Source: Octopus sinensis (Eukaryota). From it: a DNA stretch of 64,000 nucleotides. Positions 13,461 to 25,691 of this stretch are shown here, one piece after another. Location: assembly GCF_006345805.1 (NCBI RefSeq), contig NC_043014.1, positions 27,342,001-27,406,000 of the forward strand, given 5' to 3'. Numbering within the stretch: the stretch's first letter is position 1; the number at the start of each line of letters is the position of its first letter. The notes below the pieces were generated by a model. The model was not told the origin of the DNA. It worked only from the letters and a program-made list of their open reading frames with translations, and searched no databases. The position numbers were made by a program, and so were the translations under genes.

Positions 13461-13547
13461 CCTCCCTGAAGAGAAGATTACATTGTTTTACACCATTTTA
13501 TTCCTTTAGAATAATACCAGTGATATATTCGAAACACGTGTCGGAAG
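13461..13547 (+). ncRNA. Type-I hammerhead motif with enlarged loop II
   Basis: CTCC-CTGAAGA-GAA(about 52 nt)TTC-GAAA-CACGTG-T-C-GGAAG; palindromic helix III ACACGTGT; GUC site. Confidence 0.55.
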
Positions 13548-13732
13548 TAAAAGAATTTGAATAATACCTGCGTTTAACTCCATTTATTTATTTATATATA
13601 TTATACAAAATATTTCACGTAAACCCGAAGTTTCTACCTTTGAAAATAAGGAGTTACAACCTTTTTACTCGTGTGATTTTTTGCTACCCTGTTTTCCGCG
13701 TTAATTGTTAACAAGGGAAAAATACACACATA

Positions 13733-13797
<65 letters not shown>

Positions 13798-14012
13798 ACA
13801 CAATGTAGGTAAAGACATTTGAGAAATTTGAAAAGTTAACAAGAAACCGGAAATTTCTTCAAAAACTATGTTACTGTATGAAAGATTTTATAACATTCTT
13901 CTAACATAACGACTTAAATATATTCTTTAACCTTATAAAACAAGCCTTCTGTATTTTTTTCACTCTTTTCTATTTTCTATACATTCAACAACGTGCTTTC
14001 ACACTCCAACTT

Positions 14013-14097
<85 letters not shown>

Positions 14098-14124
14098 TGT
14101 ATGTATGTATATATGTATATATAT

Positions 14125-14179
<55 letters not shown>

Positions 14180-14206
14180 GTATATATGTACTTATATATG
14201 AGTATG

Positions 14207-14245
<39 letters not shown>

Positions 14246-14559
14246 TATTCATTTGTTTCTTTCAAACCTCAGCCAGTCTGACAACTACTTTAACAATTAA
14301 AGGATAATATACGTTTGAGTCACCTATGTCACTGGCGACATAAATATTACTATACACACATGTAATAGAATTAACTCGTTTCGAATGAAATTGCCAATAA
14401 TCCATTCAATTTGTTATTGTGAATTTAGCTGCAATGCCATCCTATACACGTGAACAACATAAGTTTGCTCATCTGTAATGGGTACCACCCACGTGCCAGA
14501 TCAGCTCCATCTGTCTATCCAGCTGTTATATCCAGCTTTAAAGAATACTTTTCTGGACC

Positions 14560-14700
14560 TGATGAGAAAGTCTTAATTTTTGAGTTACAACTACGTCTCT
14601 ACGTTCTGAGTTCAAATTCTGCCAAGATCGATTTTGCCTTTCATCCTTTCGGGATCAGTGGAATAAGTACCAGTCATGTATTAGGGATGGATGTGTAATC
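14560..14700 (+). mobile_element. tRNA-derived SINE family A, partial
   Basis: GTTCTGAGTTCAAATTC (box B) followed by TTTGCCTTTCATCCTTTCGGG..ATAAGTACCAGT. Confidence 0.75.
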
Positions 14701-14952
14701 TGTCATTAATTGCTGTGCAACGCTGAACTCAAAACTTCTGATGGAAGAGTTTGAATAATTAACATCTGGAAACATGTGTGTGCGTGCGGGTGGGAGATCA
14801 CCATAATATATATATATATATGAATACCTTTCTCCATGTGATAGGCTTGAAAAAAAATTGTTAAAATACTTAGATATTCTCCTACTCTTCTTAACATGAA
14901 ACCAATGGTAGCCTTAATTCATATATATATATTAATATATTAGTATATACTG

Positions 14953-15230
14953 TTGTGTCTGGGGAGAGTCATTTTCTTTTTTGCCTTATAATTTAACGCA
15001 CTCACCAGTAAAATTACTACTTCTTTCTTATTTTTTGTAGCTTACAGTTTTTATCCAGTTTGACACGTGATATGGCAAGAAAATTTTAGATATTTAAATC
15101 TCAATAAAACACTTACGTTATATACATACATATACAAATATATATACATTCAAAGAAATAAGTGGAAATTTTCCCGGTGAGTGTTTTAAATTATAAGGCA
15201 CAAAAAGAAAATTACTCTCCCCAGACACAA
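14953..15230. repeat. Inverted repeat, arms about 73 bp (14953-15025 and 15157-15230)
   Basis: TTGTGTCTGGGGAGAGTCATTTTCTTTTT..CCTTATAATTTAA..CACTCACC reappears reverse-complemented. Confidence 0.85.
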
Positions 15231-15704
15231 AATAATATGCTTCAACACATGAACTCACATAAAAAATCTTGCAAACCATATCCAAAAACGAAATATATGT
15301 GTGGGGGGGGGGGAGGATTTTTTCAATGTTTGCAAATAACACGGAAAAAATAAATAAATAGTTACCAGGGTAGCAAAAATTCACACAAGTCTCAAATGGA
15401 TTTGAAGGGGCTCTTTTCTGGTCACCACTTTGCCCTATATTTTTATATATTTATATTTATATTATTTCAGTTTCATTGCCTTGAATTTTTAGTCACTTTT
15501 ATTATGCATTAATTTAATCCATATATTTTTCTTCATTCGACTTCACTCGTATTACCCTTTTAGGTATTATCCCTTTTTACTCGTATATATGTGTATAGTT
15601 TATATATTGGGTTTTACCATTGGATGCCCTGATGTTTTAATTTATAATAATATGGGAATGTTATAATGTTGTTTTGACCAATATTAAACCAATTGGAGCG
15701 TTTA

Positions 15705-15736
<32 letters not shown>

Positions 15737-16170
15737 CTCTACTCTTTTTACTCTTTTACTTGTTTCAGTCATTTGACTGTGGCCATACTGAAGCACTGCC
15801 TTTAGTCGAGCACACCGACCCCAGGACTTATTCTTTGTAAGCCTAGTACTTATTCTATAGGTCTCTTTTGCCGAACCGCTAAGTTACAGGGACGTAAACA
15901 CACCAGCATTGGTTGTCAAGTGATGTTGGGGGACAAACACAGACACACAAACATATACACACACACATACATACATACACACACACATATATATATATAT
16001 ATACATACGACGGGTTCCTTTCAGTTTCCGTCTACCAAATCCCCTCACAAGGCTTTGGTTGGCCCGAGGCTATAGTAGAAGACACTTGCCCAAGGTGCCA
16101 CGCAGTGGGACTGAACCCGGAACCATGTAGTTCGTAAGCAAGCTACTTACCACACTGCCACTCCTACGCC
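15737..16170 (-). mobile_element. tRNA-derived SINE family B, full length
   Basis: Reverse complement of TGGTAAGTAGCTTGCTTACGAACTACATGGTTCCGGGTTCAGTCCCACTGCGTGGCACC...GACTGAAACAAGTAAAAGAGT; matches 61387-61790. Confidence 0.9.
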
Positions 16171-16341
16171 TGATGTATGTATATATATATTATATTCAAG
16201 ATAGTGCTCTAGCGCGGCTACAGTCCAAACATTGAAGTAAGTAAAAGAATAATAAAATAGCATTTCGCTTTTCTTATAAATGTTTTCTTTCGGTGTAGCT
16301 AATCCGATAAATTCCAAAGTAACTTGCGTACTCTCTTGCAG

Positions 16342-16578
16342 AAAAGAATGCCATCAGTAGAAAGAGAAATGTCGGAAGCACTAAAAAATTCAATGTAACT
16401 GGATCGAAGAACGGCTATATCAATAAAGAATCTATTGATTATAAAGATAGTGATGTTGATAGTAACATCAACGGATATATCAATGTTGAAGGTGACTCGT
16501 TTCATAGTGTTAAACAAGTGCAATCAGCAGTCCAACGAAAAGAACCTTTTATTGATGGCCAAATCATCCACAGATCAA
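16342..16578 (+). CDS. Host gene exon A (237 nt, phase 1-1): KNAISRKR...IDGQIIHRS
   Basis: Upstream CTAAT branch-like motif, CTCTCTTGCAG acceptor, A|GTAAGA donor, length 79x3, open phase-1 frame, N-glycosylation sequon NVT. Confidence 0.75.
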
Positions 16579-16699
16579 GTAAGATTTGATTTCCTTTAAT
16601 CTCCCTAAATTATTGTTTTCTTTTGTAAGTTATTGTTTTGCTTTTCGCTTTGACTTTTCTGATCATTTTTATTCTGCTGCAGCAAAACATATTCCTTCT

Positions 16700-16800
16700 T
16701 GCAGTGTTTGTTGTTGTTGTTGTTGTTGTTGTAGTTGTTGCTGTTGTTGTAGTTGTAGTTGTAGTAGTAGTAGTAGTTGTAGTAGTAGTAGTAGTAGTAG

Positions 16801-16847
<47 letters not shown>

Positions 16848-16866
16848 GCTGTTGTTGTTGTTGTTG
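16700..16866. repeat. Compound (TTG)n/(TAG)n microsatellite, tail of the adjacent LINE
   Basis: Direct reading. Confidence 0.95.
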
Positions 16867-17250
16867 ACGCTTTTGCTCTGGCAGATGTTATACCGACTCT
16901 ACGCCAAAAGAGAGAGCCATATCAAATGGCCAAAGATGCTTTAGATCATTCCTTCTTCAACTTTCTAACACCTTCCTTAGTATCCTTGCTTAACAATGCT
17001 GTTTTCTGCAATAGCCCCGTTCGAATGGTAATTCCTAGCTTTTCAAGCCATGCATCCAACCTTTCACTAATTATTCGCAGTGCGTCAATTACAATCTGTA
17101 CCACTTCTACGTACCTGATTCTCCTTAGTTTCCTGATTTCCCTCTCCAGCTTCTGATATTTCTCCACCTTCCCACTTTCCTTCTCATTCACCCTGTAGTC
17201 CCAAAGTGGGGTAACATCCACAATAATTACTTTGTTCTTCTTTTCTACTA
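16867..17250 (-). mobile_element. R4/Dong-type LINE 3' end (restriction-like endonuclease C-terminus)
   Basis: DVTPLWDYRVNEKESGKVEKYQKLEREIRKL..VEVVQIVIDAL..LEKLGI..LLQKTALL, followed by an (AAC)n tail. Confidence 0.85.
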
Positions 17251-17282
17251 CAATTATTATTATTAGTATTAGTATTATTAAG

Positions 17283-17460
17283 TCGGCGAGCTGACAGACT
17301 CGCTAGCACGCTGGGCGAAAAGCTTAGCGGTATTTCGTCCTTCGCTATGTTTTAAATTCAAATTCTGCCGAGGCCGGCTTTGCCTTTCGTCTTTTTGGAG
17401 GTCGACAGAATAAGCACCAATCAAATACTGGGGTAGATGTAACGCTTCAAGGTTCTCGCA
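17283..17460 (+). mobile_element. SINE family A
   Basis: GGCGAGCTGACAGA..TAGCACGCTGGGCGAAAAGCTTAGCGG..TTCAAATTC..TTTGCCTTTC. Confidence 0.85.
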
Positions 17461-17583
17461 TCGGAGTAACCAGAGAACATCGAAGAATTTCAAGCCTTGT
17501 GCTTATGATAGAAAGGATTATTATTGTTATTATTATTATTGTTGTTGTTGTTATTGTTGGTGGTGGTGATGGTGGTGGCATTA

Positions 17584-17643
<60 letters not shown>

Positions 17644-17644
17644 G

Positions 17645-18243
17645 GTGAGACTATTTCAGAACCAAGGTACATGAAATCCTCCTCTTAACTGATGGGCTCT
17701 GCTTTGATGTTTGAGGTAGATCCTTACTGGTTGTTTTACTAGGATTAACAAGTAGTCCAACATTATGTGCAGCTAATTCTAGACTATAATAAAGTAGTTG
17801 GACGGAGTTTGGTATTGTGTCAGAGAGCAGAGCTAAATCATCAGTGTAGCAAACATCAGTTAGTTTTAGAGCTGGATGTCCGATCGAGCTTCTTTTTGCG
17901 GGTGTGAAACCGAGGTTGTTTAGGTTGTTGAGTTATGTTCTGAGGACATAATCCAAAGTGATCGCGAACAGAAAAGGTGCCAGTGTATCCCCCTGGAGTA
18001 CTCCGGCTCTGAAGTCAAAGAAACTTGTATTTCCATCAAGGAACCTTGCCATTGATTCGGTGTTATTATAGAGCATCATAATTGCAGCTGTTGTTTCCTC
18101 AGGGACACCTAGTGGTATATTTTTCCCATCTTGCCATGATGGATGGAGTCAAAAGCCTTTGAGAAATGAACAAATAGTAATACTTCCTCAAGATTTTTGG
18201 TTTTCACTCCATCCAGTAGTCGAAAACTGTACCTTACCAAAAG
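17645..18243 (-). mobile_element. RTE-clade LINE RT fragment (inverted relative to the next fragment)
   Basis: Minus-strand FVHFSKAFDSIH, GVLQGDTLAPFLF, YTDDLALL, MYLGS. Confidence 0.9.
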
Positions 18244-18254
18244 ACTAGAATCCT

Positions 18255-18560
18255 AGTTAGATGGATGTTTGGAGCAATCTTAAACATATTATGGAAAGCT
18301 CATCCCACCAAGAAAACGCTGTGTGGAGTTTTCTTGCCTGTTTCCTCCATTATAAGGGAAAGATGCTTGTGCTTTGCGAGACATTGCTGGCGAGCTGAAC
18401 AAGAGCTGGCAAGTGACCTACTGCTGTGGATGTCAAAGCATGCCCTTTAGATGCTCTATATGAAGTGGCCAATAACGAAAATAATACTGTGTCAACTACA
18501 GACAGGAGGTACCCTTTGAACGAGCGACGAGGTCTTCGCAGCACCTTACTAAGTACAAAA
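18255..18560 (+). mobile_element. RTE-clade LINE 3' fragment
   Basis: Plus-strand GAILNILWKAHPTKKTLCG..SSIIRER..FARHCWR..ELASDLLLW. Confidence 0.85.
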
Positions 18561-18649
18561 ACAAAAGACTAAAGCAATATGACTTGTACTCTCATCAAAG
18601 ATTGTGACAGGTTGCTACACAGGAAAATATAATGCATACTTCATTGTAT

Positions 18650-18840
18650 GTATTTACTTCATTTTTAACTCGGCTTATTTCATCATATTCTCGGAACAAA
18701 ATCATTCGAAGATACTAGAACTGTTAAAGATTATATGGTTTGTAGTTAGTACAAAGAAACTGCAATGAAATTAGGTTTAGCAAATGACGACAGCGAAAAC
18801 TTCCAGACAATGGACATTGCTTAAGACTTGTTTACTCCTT
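18650..18840 (+). mobile_element. Helitron RepHel fragment
   Basis: HHILGTKSFEDTRTV..YKETAMKLGLANDDSE resembles the Helitron linker motif GPxSFxDLRTV..GLLxDDxEW. Confidence 0.65.
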
Positions 18841-19465
18841 TGTTCATTATTGTAATTTTGCTAACTACGATAAATCATTTACAGCATTGAAATAGAAACG
18901 TTCTGAAATTGAAACGAATGTATTGAGCATGTTCTAAGCAATATATCACTGACATTTGCAGAAAACTAAAATGATTCTCAGAGAAAATAGTTCATTATTA
19001 TCCTATGACTGCACCAAACAGGAATTATGTAGACATCAACATAGATCCATCATGAGGACCTTGCGGTCTGTAGGAATGTCTGAATGGCAAACCTGTGCAG
19101 ACCACCTGATAATGAGCCATATCTCATGCGTCCCGCTTCTCAGAAAACTTTGCCCATGACTGACACAGACAATACTACTCTTTCAACAAAATAGATCTAA
19201 AGGTATGAACTGAGCCTGAAATATTGCTTGGAGACACAGCATGTTATGTAAATCTGCCAAATTATTGTTTCTCTACATTATGTAACTATTAGCAGCTCTT
19301 TTTCAAATTATGTGTCTTAAATTATATTTATCTCTCACCGGATAGAGTACTTTGTTGGTTTATCTTACTAATAACGGAATGCTAACCTATATAAATGAGT
19401 GTATATTTATATATAAACTTACTTGGAAAGTAATCAAATAATAATAAAAATTATATATATATCAC

Positions 19466-19743
19466 GACCAGTCCATCAGATGTAGTTACACATCGCAATG
19501 AGTTCGCATTGTTTTAGCCTTCGAACAACGCCACCCCGCTGGCTAAGCGAGCAGGCCAACTGAAGAAAGAATTGGAGAAATAGTAGTGAAAGAGTACAGC
19601 AGGGATCACCAGCCCCTGCCGGAGGCTCGTGGTGCTTTTAGGTGTTTTTGCTCAATAAACACTCACAACGCCCGGTCTGGGAATCGAAACCGCGATCCTA
19701 CGACCACGAGTCCACTGCCCTAACCACTGGGCCATTGTGCCTC

Positions 19744-19745
<2 letters not shown>
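19466..19745 (-). mobile_element. tRNA-derived SINE family D (partial plus-strand copy also at 28744-28852)
   Basis: Head TGGCCCAGTGG (box A)..GGTTTCGATTCC (box B); the body GGCCTGCTCGCTTAGCCA.CGGGGTGGC is shared with 28744. Confidence 0.85.
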
Positions 19746-19782
<37 letters not shown>

Positions 19783-19788
19783 TATATA

Positions 19789-19840
<52 letters not shown>

Positions 19841-19862
19841 TACATACGTGCATATATATATA

Positions 19863-20243
19863 CTAGCAGTATCGCCCGGCGTTGCTCAGGTTTGTAAGGG
19901 AAATAACTATAAAGCATTTTTAGAGAGTTATAGCCAAAAAATAGCAAAAAAATGGAAAAAAATGATGGTAAATTTTTTTTTTAGTTAAAAAAGTTGGAGT
20001 TGCGTCCCCTAGACAGTTTTTGGTTTGTGTTTCTAATTCTCGACCCCATGTCGAATTTATCGATTTTTTTCAGAACTGGGGGAACTTTTCAAAATTTTCG
20101 CTGCGTTAGTTTTGAATTATGACATTGGGCTATGTGTGTGTCAAGTTTCATCAGAATCGGTTGAAAGCCGTGGTGAGGGTGAGGATACAAGCAAACAGAC
20201 ACAGAAACACGCACAGACAAACTGCCGTTTATATAGAGGGAGA
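19863..20243 (-). mobile_element. Non-autonomous Helitron-like element
   Basis: Minus-strand 3' end CCTGAGCAACGCCGGGCGATACTGCTAG (hairpin plus CTRR); 5' end TC..TATATAAACGGCAG. Confidence 0.8.
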
Positions 20244-20832
20244 TATACATATTAGAGGGAAACCACTATGTGAACACCCTTATGCTAGAAATAGATCCGC
20301 TATGGTCTTACCACTAAGAAATGTTCTCAAGAAAAATTTAGCAAAAGAACCAAATCGAGCAAGACAAAAGAAAAAGCAATAAAAATATGGATTATTCGCA
20401 TACATGTTTCACTATTAACATATTATGTAATTTTACTTACATAAATGTCCGTAGATCATCGGTGCGACCGTCCAGATGAAATTACCTTTTCTTTTGTCCA
20501 CATAGTGGTTTCTCTCTAATGTGTATATAATACAATTTTACTGAACCTTCAGTTTTTTTTATATGCTAGACCACTGGTGTGAAATCGCTGTTAATTAAAT
20601 AAATATCTAATTTCTCACCCTCATTTTAAATTTATATATATATATGCATTTACGGGTACAAGACGTCACAAACTGTAAGCAATATGAAATACTAAAACAA
20701 AAGAGTTGAATACACAAACAACGAGAGAAGCAAATGGAAAAGAGGACAAGTAACATAAAGAACGACCCTTTATCAGTTGTCGGCTGTCCATCTGCTCCTC
20801 ATTTCGAGCATTGAACGGCAATATATATATAT

Positions 20833-20899
<67 letters not shown>

Positions 20900-20901
<2 letters not shown>

Positions 20902-21086
20902 TTTTATTATTTTACTTGTTTCAGTCATTCGACTACAGCTATGCTAGAGCACTGCCTTTAGTCGAACAAATCGACCCCAGAACGTATCCTCTGTAAGCCT
21001 AGTGTGATGGTGGTGGGGACAGACACAGATACACAAATACATGCATGCATACATACTTACACATACACACACACACACATACATGC

Positions 21087-21177
<91 letters not shown>

Positions 21178-21330
21178 CGATATATATACGACGGGCGTCT
21201 TTCAGTTTCCGCCGACCAAATCCACTCACAAGGTTTTGGTCGGCCAAAAGTTATAGTAGAAGACACCTGCCCGAGATGCCACACAGTGGGACTGAACCCA
21301 GAACCGTGCGGTTGGGAAGCAAGCTTCTAC
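20900..21330 (-). mobile_element. SINE family B with an internal (GATA)n expansion
   Basis: Matches the family B head and tail; (GATA)n at about 21086-21177. Confidence 0.85.
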
Positions 21331-21407
21331 ATGCATGTATATGTATATATACATATATACTCACACACACACGCACACACGCACGCACGCACGCACGCAC
21401 GCACACA

Positions 21408-21496
<89 letters not shown>

Positions 21497-21526
21497 CACA
21501 TATATCCTTTTATTCTTTTATAAGTC

Positions 21527-22264
21527 TTAAGTTATAAGCCTGGAAAAGTACAGGACAAGTTATTACGTCTGGTAAAGTACAGAACAAGAAATTTTTACTT
21601 AAAATGCTACAGCCAATGATAAAATTTCAAATAGAATATTTAGATTTAGAAAATAGCTTTTATCAAAACTAAAAAAATTATTACAAGATATTATTTCTAT
21701 TTGTTATTACTTGTTACTTCTATTAAAAATAACTCAAAATATTTTCTGCAATTTAAATGAAATTCATTTTTTAATTATCAATTAATAATTAGAAATTTGA
21801 AAATAGATTATAAAAAATAATAGTAGTACAAAATTAGTTAGTACAATAAATAGAATAATACAAAAATTAGTTATATATTACAGTAAAATCTACCTATAAT
21901 AACAAATTCACAGTAAAATTTGCTTGAGTTATTGCTTAAGTTATTGCCAAGTCTTCACATTTTTAGGTTTGACCCAATACCTATTTTTCACATAATGAAT
22001 TTGCCTACCATATATACTATTCTACTTTGCATAAAACTTTAGCTATATTGGTACTTCTGGCTCTCATTTTTAAAGTATTCTAGTGTGTCAATATTTTAAC
22101 AAAATACCTTTTTTATTATAATATTACTTTGTAAATTAAAATCAAATATTTCTTATTATTCAAATTTTATCCTTAACTGCTATATTTTAAGTATAAATTT
22201 TCTTATTCTGTACTTTACCAGATGTAATAACTTGTCCTGTACTTTTCCAGGTTTATAATTTTAA
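21527..22264. mobile_element. MITE-like element, TIRs about 125 bp, AT-rich noncoding interior
   Basis: TTATAAGCCTGGAAAAGTACAGGACAAGTTATTACGTCTGGTAAAGTACAGAACAAG is mirrored at 22195-22260. Confidence 0.85.
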
Positions 22265-22399
22265 AAAATATTTTTTCTCTTGTACGCATTTTTCCATATA
22301 ATTCATGTTTTTTCCGGGCTATGCTATTATGCAAATTAATAATGTGTCAATAATTTAAGATTTTACCTTATTGAAAATTGAATAATAAATCTAAAGTGT

Positions 22400-23057
22400 G
22401 TTGTGCGTGTATGTGCGAAAGAGAGAATGTGTGTGTTGTTGTTGTTGTGTGTATGTGTGTGTGTGTGTGAGAGAGAGAGGGAGGGAGAGTGACAGCGTAC
22501 ATTTTTTATTTATTTTTCCTCGCATCTTTTTGAGTGAATGACTGAGATAGAGATGTCTGTTGTCAGAGACAGAGAGAGAGAGAGTGGCGTATGTTGTCAG
22601 AGAGAGAGACGTATGTTGTCAAAGAGAGAGAGAGAGGTCTCTTGCTCTGTGCGTGTGTGTGTGTATGATGAGAGAGAGAGAGTGATAGCGTATTTTTGTT
22701 ATTTATTTTTTAGTGAATGTGTGAGTGATTGACAGAGAATGAAAGAGAGAGAGAGGTGTTGTCATGCATGTGTAAAATGGCCAGGGTCAGTCACTCACGC
22801 ACACAAACACACCTATTATCTGTAGTACACCTATTATCTGTACGTACACCTATTATCTGTAGTACACACGTACATGCATAAATACATAGGCATACATGTT
22901 TTTTATGTGTGCGTGTGAGGGAGAGAGAATAAGTCAGTCATTGCGTGAAGGTGTGTTCTTATGACAATTTTTTTGCATGTATGTATAAGTAGCTAAGTAA
23001 AATTTACGCTCTCTCTCTCTCTCTTTGGCACGCACACACACAGCAACACACACCTTC

Positions 23058-23088
<31 letters not shown>

Positions 23089-23160
23089 CTCTCAGTCAAT
23101 CACTCACACATTCACTGAAAAGAAATGCGAGAATAAATAAATAAAAATGTACGCTGTCAC

Positions 23161-23206
<46 letters not shown>

Positions 23207-23260
23207 ACAAGCAAACACACACACACATACACACACAACACACACTTTCTATCTCGCATC
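22400..23260. repeat. Fold-back structure with microsatellite-rich arms and a central 3x 18-bp repeat
   Basis: GAGAGTGACAGCGTACATTTTT..CTCGCAT and AGTGAATGTGTGAGTGATTGAC are mirrored at 23090-23165; ACACCTATTATCTGTA(C)GT x3 at 22809-22863. Confidence 0.8.
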
Positions 23261-23671
23261 CCCATCAACACACACACACGTCCATATCCATTTCCTCTCT
23301 CTTTCGCTTTATGCTGACTGCAAACAAAATGTACATTTCCAACACAAAAATAAACAAAAAAAGTTTTTTACGAAATTTACCGAACGCCGTAAGGTAACAG
23401 CTGAGCTGCGCGAACACGCCTTCGAGTTAAAACGAAAGATTACCAAAATGGCTAGGCTGTTGCCAAAATTTGTAAATGATATTTTTTATTTTTCATTTTT
23501 ATGATATAATTGCATTAATTAACACAGATTAAACTAATTGCAAATTAGCGGTGTCGTTGATAATTTTTTCCTTACTTCAATGATGACATATTAAAAGTCC
23601 CTTATAGAACTATAATCATAAAAAAATATACAGAACCATATTATCACCCTCAAATTTGAGAAACCAACACT

Positions 23672-23975
23672 CATAACTTTTTTCTTTTAAAACTTCATTG
23701 CATGAGATTGATACCATGAAATTCCTCGAATTGAGCTCTATCACTTAAGCTTAATTCAAATATAGTTTGTTTTTAAGATAAAAAAAAGTAATTATACTTA
23801 AATCCAATTTTTGCCTTATTTTGTCTTTCGTGATAGTTTACCTCACAACTTTTTTTGATACAAAGTTTTGTTGCATGGGATCAAAACTATGAAATTCTTC
23901 ATGATTTCTTCTATCATTGAAGCTAAGATAAATGTATTTTGCTTTTATAATAAAAAAAAGTTATTTAGATCTATT
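23672..23975. repeat. Degenerate 172-bp tandem pair, like DNA-transposon subterminal repeats
   Basis: CA.AACTTTTT..TTGCATG.GAT..A..ATGAAATTC.TC..TCTATCA.T.AAGCT.A..TAAAAAAAGT at 23672 and 23844. Confidence 0.6.
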
Positions 23976-24120
23976 TGAGGCGTTACTTACTCTCCTATAA
24001 AGTTGCTATGAATTTTGATGTAAACTTTTTTCTACTGGACCAAATCTCACTTTTTATGCCAAAATGTAGCTAAGGACAAGCTCTCTTCATAAGTGTTAAC
24101 AGTTTTCAATATAGTTAAGA

Positions 24121-24350
24121 ACTGAATCAGTGACAAAGCTCTGAAGATGCTGCGTGGAAGAATAGTAAGTCAGTTATAGAGTGGTTTAAAGGGATTAGCT
24201 ATAAGCATAACTGCAATTTTACGCAGTTTGATATTATTGACTTTTACCCGTCAATATCTAGGACTTTACTCCTAAGGGCATTAGACTTCGCCAAGCAGTA
24301 TGTCAACATCGATAGCTCGGAAATTGATATTATCATACTTCCAAAGGTTA
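24121..24350 (+). mobile_element. Penelope-like RT fragment
   Basis: WKNSKSVIEWFKGISYKHNCNFTQFDIIDFYPSISRTLLLRALDFAKQY. Confidence 0.85.
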
Positions 24351-24864
24351 TTATTGCTTTCTTTCATAGGTCAAAAGACGCGGTCATAGATTTTTTTGAA
24401 ATTTTGTCCAAATATTTCCCTACTTAGTCACTACTCACATAAAATAATTCATACTGAGATCTCAATGGGAAGTATTTATAATGAATATAATTATAGTGAA
24501 AAATAATGACAAATTATCAAGACTAAGCAAGACAATTTGAGCTTGGGGGATAAAACAAAGAGCTGATAATCGAAATAAGCATTTTTATTATTTCAGTAAT
24601 AATGTCTACTTTAATTGTAACTACTTTTCAGATCTGCTATGGTCAATGGTGGAAATGCCACTGCCAACACTTAGAATCTTCAAACAAATTGTTGGCATCC
24701 CCATCACCTAAGAGGCCACTCCTGATAGCTTAGCAGATGAAGCTACATGTCCCAACCTCCCACTTTTACCCTGCTTTAAATGATTAAGTACTTGTTAGAT
24801 GAAATTCTGAAATCTTCAAAATTTAATGAGACAATTTTCTTGAAATTAATAATTGTGATGCATT

Positions 24865-25356
24865 TTACATTTCTTTTTCTGTCGAAGTATAAGTTCTTCC
24901 TGTAGCAGTTCTGGGGACAAATTTACAAAGGATGTCTAAATAACCCATTGTTAAAATATCTGATTTTCTAGGATACTGAAATGATGTAGGTCCTTTGGGT
25001 TGAAGAAAGGTGAGTTTTACTTGCATAGTTTCTGGGTATGTTTCTAGAACACAGGCTAACCACCAGTTACCATCATAAATTGCTGCTACAATCCCTTTTA
25101 TATCCTCAAATTGGATAGCATCTTGCATGGATATTCTAATTTTAGTATAATTATCTATCGTAGATGTCATTTTTACCTTAATTTCTAAGGGTAAGTTTGG
25201 GATAAAGCAATGTAACTTTTGTGGCCTTGGAATTGTCCTTGCATCAATTTCCGTTGCCTCATCAATTAAACCTGTTCGATTGTTCGGCATTTTGGGACCT
25301 CCTTCGCTGTTAGTATTAATGGTTTCGTCATCCAAATTATTGGATGATTTAGCCAT
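24865..25356 (-). pseudogene. 163-aa ORF resembling the C-terminal region of an invertebrate transposase-like protein family
   Basis: ARTIPRPQKLHCFIP and IVAAIYDGNWWLACVLE..VKLTFLQPKGP.SFQYP..DIL..VPRTATGRTY; family recalled from memory, superfamily not assigned. Confidence 0.5.
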
Positions 25357-25636
25357 TCGCTAATGTTTATGTATAAAATTAATATAAACAGCTGTTTGCA
25401 ATGTTTCACCAAAAAGGAGAATTATAATTGTTACTAAATGTGACTAGGGTGTTAGGAAACACCTACATTGCTAGAAATAAGAGCTAAAGCGGTCTAATGT
25501 TGTAGTTAACGCACATGAATGAAACCATATACACTTTAATTGTTCGAAAAATGCCATTTTGAGAATTCTTATTACTGACGTCAGTTTCGGATAATTAAGG
25601 CCCTTACCATTTTTAGTGACAATTATACATACATGC

Positions 25637-25691
<55 letters not shown>

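Noticed and set aside
19680-19745. tRNA gene
   Set aside because: Box A and B are present but continue into a SINE body; treated as a SINE head.
22809-22863. CRISPR-like short repeats (also 29945-30210)
   Set aside because: Head-to-tail repeats without unique spacers, in a eukaryotic context, with no cas genes.
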